This document shows, in pieces, positions 11,701 through 23,507 of a stretch of 64,000 nt of DNA. The stretch covers positions 34,968,001 through 35,032,000 of the forward strand of contig OX597829.1 of assembly GCA_951406725.2 (NCBI GenBank), in the 5' to 3' direction. A program made the translations under genes and the position numbers. The notes below the pieces were generated by a model. That model had not been told where the DNA came from and did not search any database. It saw only the letters and a list, made by a program, of their open reading frames with translations. This DNA comes from Octopus vulgaris. Its lineage: Eukaryota. Each line of letters starts with the position of its first letter. The first letter of the stretch is position 1.

Positions 11701-13508
11701 TCGAGAGATTAGGTGGTCCACTGTTTCTATCTCATCACTGCAGTATCGGCACTTTGCTCTACACATTGGCTTGATTGTTCCGGGTCAATAAGCTCCGATC
11801 TTGGGCAGCCAAGATAAAGCCTTCACTCTCTACCTTTAACGTTGAGCTCCGTAGCCACTGATGGGTATGTTTCTGGTCTACATCAGCTTGTTTGCTATGT
11901 GCCACATATTTGCCATGCAGAGGTTTTTGTTCCCACCTACCAGCCAATTGTTCAAACACATTTTGCTTTGCTATTGACTTAACTTTCTTTGCAGCTACAG
12001 TTACTGCACTTCCATCATACTGTTCAACCTGGGTATTATGCATAAACTGATCTGAAAATATTTTGCTCTCCTTCATAACAGAATGAAGCTTCTTACGTCT
12101 TTCATGGTTTTCAACGAGCTTTAGCATCCAGTTGTGGTAGTTTTGTAGGAGATTTCAAATTGGATCAAGTCTCGACCTCCTTGAGCTCTGGGTAGGTAAA
12201 GACGATCTGCGTCTGCCTTTGGACGGTGCATATTATTGCAAGTCAGCAGCTTACGCATTTTCCCGTCAGTCTCCCTTATTTCGCGTATATTTGAGTTCAA
12301 CACATTGAAACTGTAAATAACAACCGGAACTGCTAAGGAATTTATAACTAACACCTTGTTACGCGCATTTAACTCGGATTTTAGGACTGCTTGAACTCTC
12401 CTGTAAAACTCCTTCCTGATCTTCTTTTTCATACTTGCATGCTGAATGCCAGAGCATTCCGAGGTATTTGTAAGTTTATAACTGCTCAATTTCTTTTATG
12501 AATGTAAGGTCTTCAGTTTCCCTTTTCATTTATCAAGACCAAATTCCATCCCAATGTCATCAATGAATGCTTTCACAATACGCTCATTATCGTCTTTGCC
12601 ATAGAGTTTTAAGTCATCCATACAAAATAGATGACTTATTTACTTGTTGCCAATTTTATATCTAGATCCTGTTCTCTTAAGTTCACTTGTAAGGGGTATT
12701 AGGGCTATACAGAAAATTAAAGGTGAAAGTGGAGTCACCTTGGAAAATGCCGCAGTTGATATTAATATTTTTGTGGTCAGTACTCCAATAAAGTAGTATA
12801 GTTGGAGATTCGTATTCCACATTGGCATGTCACGCTTCAGGAAGTTTGAAATCACAGGAGAAATTTGAAGATATCCAGCGATTTCAAGATCCATGAATGC
12901 GGTATGCTGTCAAAGGCCTTTTTATAATCAATCCATGAAGAACTCAGATTTCTATGTTATGACAGTTCTCAAAGATCATGCAATTGATTAAGAGTTGGTC
13001 TTTGCATCTATATGAGCCTCGTCGGCACCCTTTTTGTTAAGTGGGGAAAATATCGTTCTGTTCCACAAATTTGTATGTTTTCTCCACGAGGATGGATGTT
13101 AAAATTTTATACGTGGTAGATAGACATGTTATGGGCCGATAGTTTTGGGGAACTTTGGTTTCATTATTCTTCGGGAGTAGGTAAGTAATACATCTTGCTA
13201 TCTAATCAGGTGTTTTCGTTGGATCTCTCATAATTTCATTGAATAACTGGACTAACATTTCGTGTGTGCACGAGAGTGAGGCGAGCCAGAAATTTGGCAC
13301 TCTATCATTACCAAGAGATTTCCACCTATGAGCCTTCGTGAGTGTCATTTTTAGGTCTGCTAATGTGATGTCTTCCCATGCTTGTTCTGGTAAGTGTTGG
13401 TAGGATCCTTCTGTGCGTCTAATCCAGTCTGCATTTTCATTGTAAGTCTTTTCATCACTCTAGATATATTTGCAGAAGTTTTCAACTTCTTCCACGGCAG
13501 TGTGTGTT

Positions 13509-13577
<69 letters not shown>

Positions 13578-14995
13578 ATTCAACCGTTATTTTCTCCTTC
13601 ATTATTTCTTCGTTGAATGTTTTCGCATTAGACGTGAAAAGCTTATTTTGCTTGTAAAATTTGTTTCTTTTCACAAATCTTCGTATTCTTTGAGCTTTTG
13701 CTTGGATTTTTTGTTGCAGCGTTTCTCTTACTGAAAGTAGTTCTTTTCTTGGCGAGAATCCATGTTTTCTTTTCATCTTTCTTCTTTTCTGGTTTCTACA
13801 TCGTTTCCCCAGATTACTTCATTCAATATTGATATTTCACCTCTCATTATTTCAATCTCTTTTTCAATTTTACTTTTCCAGTTTGGAATCCTCAGGTTTG
13901 TATTTCTTTGTTTTATCAGAGACATACAACTGGTTTCAATTGTCTTAGCAGCTGCGTAAATAATTTCATTTAATTCAGTGAAATATGGCTTTAGTTCTTG
14001 TATAGTTGCCTTTGTTATATAGTTTCCAATTTTAATTTGTTTTCTATTTTCGATTGCACTTGAGAGCTTATGAAGTGGTTTTCAATCATGCATGTTGGCG
14101 TGTCTTACAACTGCAAGCTTGTTCAGGATTTTCTGCTTCAGTTCTGTCATAGACTCTATATGTTCTTCAGCAAATGTGTAGTCTTCAAATATTGTTTCGT
14201 TACCATTTTCCTCGTTATCTTTATAAGGATCATTACAATTTATTTCTCCAAGCGTTTGCGTGTTCTGGTTAGATGGCAGTCTTTCAAATGAGACTCGTGG
14301 AGAGTTGCTCTCTTTGTCTGGTTCTTCATTTCCTTTCCGTCTTATATTTAGGTCATTTTCTGCTGCGTGCTTGATCGAAGTTATTTCACTATCAATGCGT
14401 CTTTTATTTCTGAAAAATATCCCTCCTAACATTTTCTAACTCGTTTTCGTCCAAATATAGTCTGCTGTCTTGATTTCGTGTTCTCCATATTTGATAAGTG
14501 TGCAGTGTGCTTCTCTTCAGATGACCTGCCTAATGCATAGTAATAGGCGTATATTATTTCTGTATATTCTTCTCGGGTCGGTTTGATCCTCTTACATTTT
14601 TCTTTCTGCAGTGAGTGTGGTAGTGGACTTGGAGGGCTCGAGTTGGGGCAGTTCCCGTTCAAGTGACCATCCAGGTTCGTATTCAGAAAAGAGTTTGTGT
14701 CAGTGGATGCCTTTTCGACTCCAGGTTGGCTCTCTCCTGGGGAACGCACTTCCAGATTAACCATTCCAGGTTGAAGACGGCCACTTTCTTGCAGGGTCTG
14801 CGGCGAGATCAAGTTGTGTACTAGGAGTGGAAGTAGAGTAGTAGTCCCTTCTGGCCAGTGGTTGGGGGAGAGCTCACACGTGGTTACAAATGTGAGGTCT
14901 TGCTGGTTTCCCATGATCCGACGTTTTGGAGGGATTGTCGCCGAATGCAAGTTGAGGTAAGAGTAATCTTTATTTCCTGCTTTACAAGTTATTTC
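11701..14995 (-). mobile_element. R4/Dong-type LINE, 5' and central part (N-terminus, RT, start of zinc knuckle)
   Basis: N-terminal TREEYTEIIYAYY, QKIQAKAQRIRR, RPITCLST, IDYKKAFDS, LSPLIFCIALIPL, EFYRRVQAVLKSELN, EGFILAAQD, CRYC..EIETVDHLIS. Many stops and frameshifts; (TG)n at 13501-13572. Confidence 0.88.
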
Positions 14996-15026
14996 GGCAC
15001 GTCGTTACCAATTGGGAAGATATGTC

Positions 15027-16925
15027 TGTAGTGACGTTATACATCAGTGCGCGCGCGCGCAACGCCTTCTGGAAAGGCAGAAGGGAAGTGCCCCTTTCGG
15101 GCATGCGCAAAGACTGAGAAAGGAAATGATGATGTGGCATTTAGCTGACAGGAGGCGAGGGAGCGTTAACCTTAACCAAAATGGTACAGAGAGACACATA
15201 GCAGTAACCAGAAGGCTCTCGATACCAAATTGTTGCAGACCGTATTTTCTTCGCTCTCTAAGGACGCCATATTTGACCAGCTCTGTTTGCTGCTGAACTT
15301 GTAAAATCTTACAAGCGTTAAAGTTCAGCCTGCCACATCCAGACCCAAGTGGAACCAAATATACCACCTTATTTCTTACTGTTATAAGAGAATAAAGAGT
15401 ATATATTTTTACTGTTGCGTTTGTGTTCTTTGACTGGTAGAATCTGGAAATTAAAGGAACGGAAATTGTGAATGCACCCGAGTTGCACCCCAAAAGTGCA
15501 AGAAGCAACTAATTCCCGTTACATGTCCGAGAGTTATTTGTTTTTTTGCTATTCTTCTTCAAATTTTTATTCTCCTCGATTTTATGCGATGGCCACTAAA
15601 ATCAAGAATCAGCAGCGATGTGTTGAAACCGTTTGCTGGGGAAGGTGATGTGGTGATCGGGATAAAAAGGTGAGGCTTGTGGCGAAGCTGCAGGTTATTG
15701 AAGATGTGGCTACCCTTATGCCACTGTACTTAGAAAGTAGTGCGCTGAATCTCTACTTAGAAATGGACGAAGCGGATCAGGAGAAAGTTGGAAAAAATTG
15801 AAGAGCATCTGAAGAACGCGTACTCAGAAGGGGTGTTCAATGTCTACAGTAAGCTTGGGGGAGTAAGATCGACGGGTGAGCAGATAAATGATTATGTGAG
15901 CGAGATTAGAAAGTTAGCAGGATTTCCTGGAGCAGCGATGGAGCGGATGGTGAAACGCTTTGTGACCGAATTCCTCGATCATATCTCACTACGTCTGCAG
16001 CAGATGTCGGTGGGAGAAATGGTGGATAAGAGGCGAGTTTTGATGCAAAACAACACACATGACGTAGCGGCAACTGTGACGGCGGATACGAGAGGAACGA
16101 AGAGGCGGGCGGCGATCAGTGACAACAAGAGTATCGTGAGACGAATGCCTAAGGAACAATGCTTTAGATGTTGGGGTCCGCTCATGGTTAGTAAATGCAC
16201 AGAGCCAAAACCAATAGTGGTGTGTCACCGATGTGCTCGACCTGGGGCATATAGCGGACTATTGCAAGCAGGGAAACGAGAAGAGGGAAATTACTGAGCT
16301 GCTAGTTCTCCCTACAGCCGATTGAAGGCGCATCACCGTTTGTTGCTTGTACCAAGGATTCTGGTGGGAATTGGATGGGGTGGGGAGGGTGGGTGGGAGA
16401 AGCACGAGCCCTTGTGGATATGGGTTGCACAACCACCCTGGTAACCACAAGAATGTTCGAGAGCTGGAGAAGAAACATCAGTCGCAGTGCAGTGGATACA
16501 GGTCAGAGACGATGTGTGGGTGAAGCTGGATGCACACTGCAATGGGAAAATGGAAGGGTGATCGCGATAATTTCTCCCAATAATGTATCAGTGGATGGAA
16601 TGTTGCATCACTTCTTGGGCATTCGGAATGTGATTAGCTTCTCCGATGACGAAAAGGAGGGAGATGGCGGCCCTGTGACCCTGCGGAGATCTCAAAGGGA
16701 GCGTCCGTCCATCCACCCACTCATCCATCCATCCATCCATCCATCCATCCATCCATCCATCCATCCATCCATCCATCCATCCATCCATCCATCCATGCGG
16801 ACGGACTATTTCGAAACGGAATAGAGGAGCAGTGATCAGAGGGCGTGTGGAGTAAAAATGAGGGACCGGAAGGGTGAGGGTGTGACGTCACGAAGAGACC
16901 GGAAGGGAGAGGAAATGAGGTCACA
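15027..16925 (+). mobile_element. Gypsy-type LTR retrotransposon relic (gag-protease, pol mostly deleted)
   Basis: From ATG 15589: LKPFAGEGDV..KKVRLVAKLQ, two CCHC-like knuckles (CFRC, CHRC), protease [12 protein letters not shown], integrase-tail-like LRRSQRER, purine tract then TG at ~16846. No matching LTR pair seen. Confidence 0.75.
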
Positions 16926-16936
16926 TCAATAAGCGA

Positions 16937-17130
16937 CAGGTTGAAGACGGCCTCTTTCTTGCGGGATCTTCTGCGAGGTCAAGTTGTGTGTAGGGAGCAG
17001 TTGTAGAGTTGTAGACCTTTCTGGCCAGTGGTTGGGGATATCTTACTCGTGGTTACAACCGAGAGGTTTTGCTGGTTTACCGTGATCCGATTGCAACTTG
17101 AGGGAAGAGCAATTTTTTTTCTTGTCTTAC
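16937..17130 (-). mobile_element. Second diverged copy of the R4/Dong 5' region
   Basis: Aligns with 14767-14980 (caggttgaagacggcc...ctggccagtggttgggg...tgatccga). Confidence 0.75.
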
Positions 17131-17345
17131 AACAACAAAAACTAAGAAAAAAAAAAAACAGGGGAAAGTGTTTTTATTTTCATCCTCTTTTAACAAGCTC
17201 ATTGGCAGGTTTGGATTTCCTTAGTATGGTTGCCTGATGAATTAACGAATTCTTGACAACGGCGACAGCAAATCTTCTTGAAATATTATCCCCTCTCCGT
17301 ATTTTCATACATCCTAATGATTCAACAACAATCGCGTTTTCTTTC

Positions 17346-17414
<69 letters not shown>

Positions 17415-17451
17415 TAACAATAATAATGATGATGATGATGATGATAATAAT

Positions 17452-17570
17452 AACTAGAAAAGCACTGGGAGAGCGCAGACCTCCGCCAAGCAGCTCATTT
17501 CCACCTATATACACGCATGCTGAAAATCGCTCAATTTCCCAAACCAACGCCGGCAAAAACACAACCTCGT
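17452..17570 (-). mobile_element. Short Helentron/HINE-like element end
   Basis: Reverse complement of 48687-48804, ending cttggcggaggtctgcgctctcccagtgcttttctagtt. Confidence 0.55.
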
Positions 17571-17731
17571 TGGCGGGGTTCAAAAAATAACACACTCATA
17601 TGATTAAAAAAACCCTTTTAAAACAGGAATCATCTGAAGCAGTTATAATACATCAATGGCAACAGTAAACTAGTTTCACCATTTCACCATACGTAAGCAA
17701 GCAAGCGACTTATCATACAGCCACTCCCACG

Positions 17732-17785
<54 letters not shown>

Positions 17786-17927
17786 TTTATTTAAAGCAGA
17801 AAATTCAACAAACTCAGAGTAACAGATTTTGTTGAATTTTCTGCTGCTTTAAATAAAGCATATTACTCTACCACTGGTATTTGAGTACTCTTTTTTCCAC
17901 CTTGTTTCACATTTATGTGTTTACTCC

Positions 17928-17990
<63 letters not shown>

Positions 17991-17991
<1 letters not shown>

Positions 17992-18104
17992 GTCTCTGAA
18001 GAGGCCGTGGGGCATCCTTGTTAATGTCTCATTTATACCTGCCTTTATGGCTTATAGGTTAAATGAGGCATGATTGCCCTTACTGCCGAAACAGCTGTCA
18101 GATA
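17991..18104 (+). ncRNA. Type I minimal hammerhead ribozyme (Penelope/retrozyme-like)
   Basis: tgtct-CTGAAGA-ggc[long stem II]gcc-GAAAC-agct-GTC|agata; predicted cleavage after 18099. Confidence 0.8.
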
Positions 18105-18281
18105 TGATATAATTACATATTATATTTTATATTTCTATTTCCTTGTCTATTTATATTTACAATATATTTTGTATAATGCCTTTACTGTTATGTAATGGTG
18201 TAATAAAGTATTGATTGGGTATCATCTGATGGTTGATGTTTTATTGATTTAAGTATGTTTCTCCATTTTCTAATTTTGTAG

Positions 18282-18334
<53 letters not shown>

Positions 18335-18434
18335 TAGTAATGGTAAAACAACAAAAGAATGAAAGAGACCTCGATAGCATTTAAATAGAGGAATTTATCT
18401 GTAATATAGTATGTGACAATTATTCGGTTGCCAT

Positions 18435-18495
18435 AATAAGACTCGGAGTTTCGGATGTCGGGGCGGAAAACTGCTCCGGCATTTCGTCAGTTATC
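18435..18495 (-). ncRNA. Hammerhead ribozyme (left arm of palindrome)
   Basis: Reverse complement reads gataa-CTGACGA-aatgccggagcag..ccgccccgacatcc-GAAAC-tccga-GTC|ttatt. Confidence 0.65.
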
Positions 18496-18691
18496 GAGGC
18501 AATCAAAAAATGCTACGAAAATGACCGTGAAACAAAGGGAAATTACTATGTAATTGACCGTTATAATGACAAAAGAGCTATTAGAACGAAATGACGGTCA
18601 TTCTAATAGCTCTTTTGTCTTTATAACGGTCAATTACATAGTAATTTCCCTTTGTTTAATGGTCATTTTCGTAGCATTTTTTGATTGCCTC

Positions 18692-18751
18692 GATAACTGA
18701 CGAGATGCCGGAGCAGTTTTCTGCCCCGACAACGAAACTCTGAGTCTTATT
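18692..18751 (+). ncRNA. Hammerhead ribozyme (right arm of palindrome)
   Basis: gataa-CTGACGA-gatgccggagcagttttctgccccgacaac-GAAAC-tctga-GTC|ttatt; predicted cleavage after 18746. Confidence 0.75.
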
Positions 18752-18810
18752 ATGGCAACCGAATAATTGTCACATATTATATTACACACACATACACACA
18801 CACACACACA

Positions 18811-18881
<71 letters not shown>

Positions 18882-18969
18882 CTTCAGATGAATATGGTAC
18901 TTAAACTGAGGCACCAGAAATTAGTATGGTATTATCCATACAATTTTCAAAATAAGGTGATTAAAATCA

Positions 18970-19180
18970 AAATAAGCAACAAGGATATCCAGAGGTAATG
19001 CAGTACGATCGTTTAATTTAAATGCAGAGCAATCCTCAGCCACACAAAGACATCATATGTCTTTGTTCAGCTGAAGATTGTTCTGCATTTACATTGATGT
19101 AATGGTTGCATAGTTCAATTAAACGGAGTTGCGTGAAACGATCGTACTGCATTACCTCTGGATATCCTTGTTGCTTATTT
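18970..19180. repeat. Nested inverted repeat containing a degenerate hammerhead
   Basis: 45-bp outer arms (aaataagcaac...gatcgttt) plus inner arms; cag-CTGAAGA (19071)...GAAAC-gatc-GTA|ctg (19135-49). Confidence 0.75.
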
Positions 19181-19194
19181 AATTTTATACACAT

Positions 19195-19265
<71 letters not shown>

Positions 19266-19664
19266 TACATACATACATGCGTATCTACATGTATGTATTT
19301 ATTTATATATGTATGTATGTATGTAAGTATGTATGTATGTATGTATGTATGTATGTATGTATGCATGTATGTATGCATGTATGTATGCCTGCATGCATGC
19401 ACGCACGCATGTATGTATGAATGTATGTATATATCCATACATGCGTCCCTTATCACTGATGATGTGTTATATGGCTTTTTAGGTTTGCAACGGACTTGCA
19501 AGTCTTTTCACATTAATTACAAGTTAGTTTTCCTGGAGCAGCCTGGCTATTTAGATGTTGGAATTTATAATGACAAGTGTGTCCATTTGCTGACCTACCC
19601 ACTTGTCTGTCTACTCCCCATGTATACGCTGTTCTCTTTATAGCAAATGAAGAACGAATTATAA

Positions 19665-20177
19665 TCTATATATATAAAACTGTAGTTGTGTGGGTGTCTG
19701 TCCCCTTCGATTTAGATTCCTAACTCCTCCCACATTTTGCGGTGCAGTTTAACCAAATTCGGGTATCTTATAGTCGTGATTAATATCGAGCCCGTCTGGC
19801 TATTAGCGCGCGTCTACGATGAGTCTACGATTTTAAAAATAATTTAACATCATTTTTTATTCCATTTTAATGCATAATTTTTCGTGTGTCGATGGTGGCG
19901 GAGTTGGCGTCCATGGTCACACCTGCACCTGTTTGCTTCTCCCCCTTCTTTCCTCCCTCGTGAAGCTGTGGGGAAGGGAGCGTAAGGAAATCAACGTCGT
20001 AAAGCGTTGTCAAGGAGACCAGCGTTCTTTTAGAACAACGACTTCATGGCTTGAAGACACCAAAACAGAAATGGATAAGAAAGCCCGAATTGGCATCTAT
20101 AAGGGAAGTAACTCTCTAAAAATGCTTATATAGTTATTTCCCTTACAAACCCGAGCAACGCCGGGCGATACTGCTAG
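19665..20177 (+). mobile_element. Non-autonomous Helitron
   Basis: 5' TC, 3' hairpin cccg..cggg then CTAG, inserted between A and T, no TSD. Confidence 0.85.
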
Positions 20178-20322
20178 TAACTTATAAATGTAAATGAATT
20201 CCATCTTTACATAATCACAAAAATCCTGGTAACGGTATTAAAACATCTGTTCAAGAAACAGAAACATTGAAATGGGAATCTGGATAGCGGAGTGGCAAGC
20301 ACCATTCATCTTTTATTTTTAA

Positions 20323-20675
20323 CTAGCAGTATCGCCCGGCGTTGCTCGGGTTTGTAAGGGAAATAACTATATAAGCATTTTTAGAGAGTTATAGCCAAAA
20401 AATAGAAAAAAAATGCATGACACATCGTAGACATTTTTAGAGAGTTACTTCCCTTATATAATAGCGAAAAATGCATTAAAATGGAAAAAAATGATGGTAA
20501 ATTTTTTTAAAAATCGTAGACTCATCGTAGACGCGCGCTAATACCCAGAAGGGCTCGATATGAATCACGACAATAAGATACCCGGTTTTGGTTAAACTGC
20601 ACCGCAAAATGTGGGAGTAGTTAGGAATCTAAATCGTAGCAGACAGACACACAACTTCACTTTTATATATAAAGA
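20323..20675 (-). mobile_element. Non-autonomous Helitron, same family, shorter variant
   Basis: Reverse-complement match to 19665-20177 with the same TC and hairpin-CTAG ends. Confidence 0.85.
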
Positions 20676-21203
20676 AGAACTTGTCGCAAATACACAGAGT
20701 TGAATAAGGGTTACCACTTAATTTTCAACATATTAATTAAGAATTTGGCTACATTACAAATATTCTTTTGATCTCTCTTACTCTTTTTATTCTTGAATAA
20801 TCTACTCATGGAAGTGGATTTATAAACATTCAACTATGTACATCGGCTACGTTATCTGTTTAACGGTGGAATTTATAATTAATTTAAACTAATATTTGTT
20901 AAATCATCACTACATTATGCACGTGCAACATGTACAAATATCTATACAAGGCAAACATTATCCCATATTACTGTAGACGGCCGATACTAGTGGATGAAAA
21001 AGTAGGAGCAATTAAGCTATAAGTGACGCTGTAATAGGATGAATGAAAATGAATTCAGTATACTTTTTTTTAAAAGGGTAGTTGCACTATGTGACATTTT
21101 GGCTTTATAGAAATTCACAGAAACTGCTATAAGCATTTATTTATTCCATCATTTGCCGAGTAGATTTAATCTCGAAGTTAAAAAATCCAAACGTTCAATA
21201 GTA

Positions 21204-21817
21204 CAGGGTGTTCAAAAAGTCTCTCCACAGTATTTTATTGCAAAATAAATATTTATAAGCTGGTATAAGACTACAAAAAGAAAATATTAGACTTTACAAG
21301 ACTTAAAAAACTTTATAAGAGGTGTTGAAAGTGTCATTTTCAATACATAAAATTTAATTTCTTTTTTTACTGCCGTGTGAGCACTTCCTAGGCTGATTTC
21401 CATTTCCTGTGACAATTTGCATAAGGACTTTGACGGGTTTGCCAACAGTTTATCAGAAATATTGGAGAGTGTTTCGTCTGAAAGTACAGTAGGCCTACCG
21501 CTTCTTGCTGCGTCCTACACTGAGCCTGTGTTTCTAAATTTTCTTATCAAATCCCGCACAGTGTCATAATGTGGAACAACAGTATTTGGAAAAGTTTCAC
21601 TGAACTTCAGCTTCACAGTATCTGTGTATTTGTTTCCAGCTCGAAACACCCATTCAACTAAAAACGTACGTTCTTCAATGGTTAGCATGTCGACACGCTG
21701 AAGGGTACACAATGATCGAGGGACAATGGCTGATATCCGGCCGTCCACGCAGTGATAGCCAAGTTGCGCATGTGCCGGATGAAAAAATTCACTTGCAGAG
21801 ACTTTTTAAACGCCTAT
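21204..21817 (-). mobile_element. Tc1/mariner deletion derivative
   Basis: TA-flanked imperfect TIRs cagggtgttcaaaaagtctct / agagactttttaaacgccta; N-terminal HTH MLTIEERTFLVE...LIRKFRNTGSV. Confidence 0.8.
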
Positions 21818-22179
21818 ATAGAAAAAAAAAAAATGCTATTGTCAAAGGGACATAACTTTCTACAAAGTTACCTCCCTTATAAAAATGTAAGGGAGTTAAT
21901 TATTGCTCCATTTCCAATCGCTGATCTCGACAAGCGGTGTTGCAGGGAGATAGTGCATGACCGTGGGTTGTGTGACACGCTATAGCGAAATGTAGCACAA
22001 GTAGAATGAGTGTGACACAGTGTAACGTATTTGGACAAATCATAGGAGCAAAATCCTTTATGTCAGAAGCGAGCACTTTTGTAAGCATTTTTTTCAGCTG
22101 GGACAAGCGTAGCTTAAAGAAGATCTGGAGGTGAAACGCTCAGCATACTATAAAAAAAAAAAAAAAAAAAAAAGAAAAA

Positions 22180-23265
22180 GACCATGCCTGGGTATATTTC
22201 CAGATGACTTGAAGAAGACAGCAACATTGAGATGAAATCTCTCTTGGACTCGTAACCGCTACATCACGTCACACTTCGAAGTCTATGCATTTGTAATTCA
22301 AGGACTGAAGATTACTAGTAAATACCTACTTAATAAAAGATACAGTGAAATCCTTGGAGTTCCAAGATGTAATCGTAAATGTAGATTATGTCATATTTCT
22401 GTGGAAGACATCACACGTAATTAGCAGCTGCCCAAAATGTCATCAAGGTACTAACCTCCATATGAAACTCGACGTTGTTGCAAAAACATTATACAATGCC
22501 ATCCAGTGAAAGGACTGTCCTCAAATAAATATAGAGAATCTCCGTGTTATTGAATAACTTCTGTCAAGTGTAATCATGACAAATATATAACAGAATATTG
22601 TTTGTGACAGACAAGAAAAGTATGTACCTATTTCTTTATTACCCACAAGGGGCTAAACACAGAGGGGACAAACAAAGACAGACATAGGTATTAAGTCGAT
22701 TACATCGACCCCAGTGCGTAACTGGTACTTAATTTATCGACCCCGAAAGGATGAAAGGCAAAGTCGACCTCGGCGGAATTTGAACTCACAACGTAACGCA
22801 GACGAAATACCGCTAAGCATTTCGCCCGGCGTGCTAAAGTTTCTGCGAGCTTGCCGAAAAGTATGTACCGTCATAGAGGCCAGTTGTCGTACTGATGTGA
22901 ATATCTGTTAGAAAAGCAAAGAGAAGGAGGATAACTATGGACAACTGCTTCGAGGCCTCCAGTTTCTATATCCGGATTACAAATTTACATTTATACCAAT
23001 AATAATTAGAGTATTTGGTTTTGTAAGTAAATGCTTAGCTGTCAGTCTGGATAAGCTTGGATTTTCAGAAAAAAGAAATCTATCAGTAGACTTGAACATT
23101 ACAACTACAATCTGTAAACGGAACAGTAAAACTATGCGAGACTTTTCTAAGGTTTAAAATGTGACATTGCTTTTGTTAGCTACATTCCCAAGATGGAGCT
23201 TTGTATCTTTGTTAGAAACCAACTCCTTCTCCCGAGGAGGAATTTAAATAAATAAAAACAGAAGA
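22180..23265 (+). mobile_element. Decayed RLE-type LINE 3' fragment ((CATA)n-associated R4/Dong-like family), interrupted by a SINE
   Basis: KCRLCHISVEDITH.ISSCPK..DVVAKTLYNAI and YPDYKFTFIPIII; same family as 28636-29430 and 56330-57700. Confidence 0.75.
22629..22855 (-). mobile_element. tRNA-derived SINE S1 with 14-bp TSD
   Basis: Full S1 consensus flanked by the direct repeat gaaaagtatgtacc. Confidence 0.9.
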
Positions 23266-23507
23266 CACGCACGCACGTACGCACGCACGCTCGCACACAA
23301 ACACATACATACGTACACAAACATACATGCATGCATACATACACGCACACACATACATATACATACACACATATACACACAAGCATATATACATACATAC
23401 ATGCATGCGTACATACATACATACATACATACATACATACATACATACATACATACATACATACATACATACATACATACATACATACATACATGCATGC
23501 ATGCATA

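Larger units (their letters stand above)
18400..18786. repeat. ~390-bp inverted duplication of a Penelope-like terminal repeat
   Basis: Arms 18400-18586 and 18601-18786 are reverse complements with few mismatches. Confidence 0.92.

Noticed and set aside
15027-16925. Intact LTR retrotransposon
   Set aside because: No matching LTR pair, protease DTG changed to DMG, and RT, RNase H and integrase core absent.
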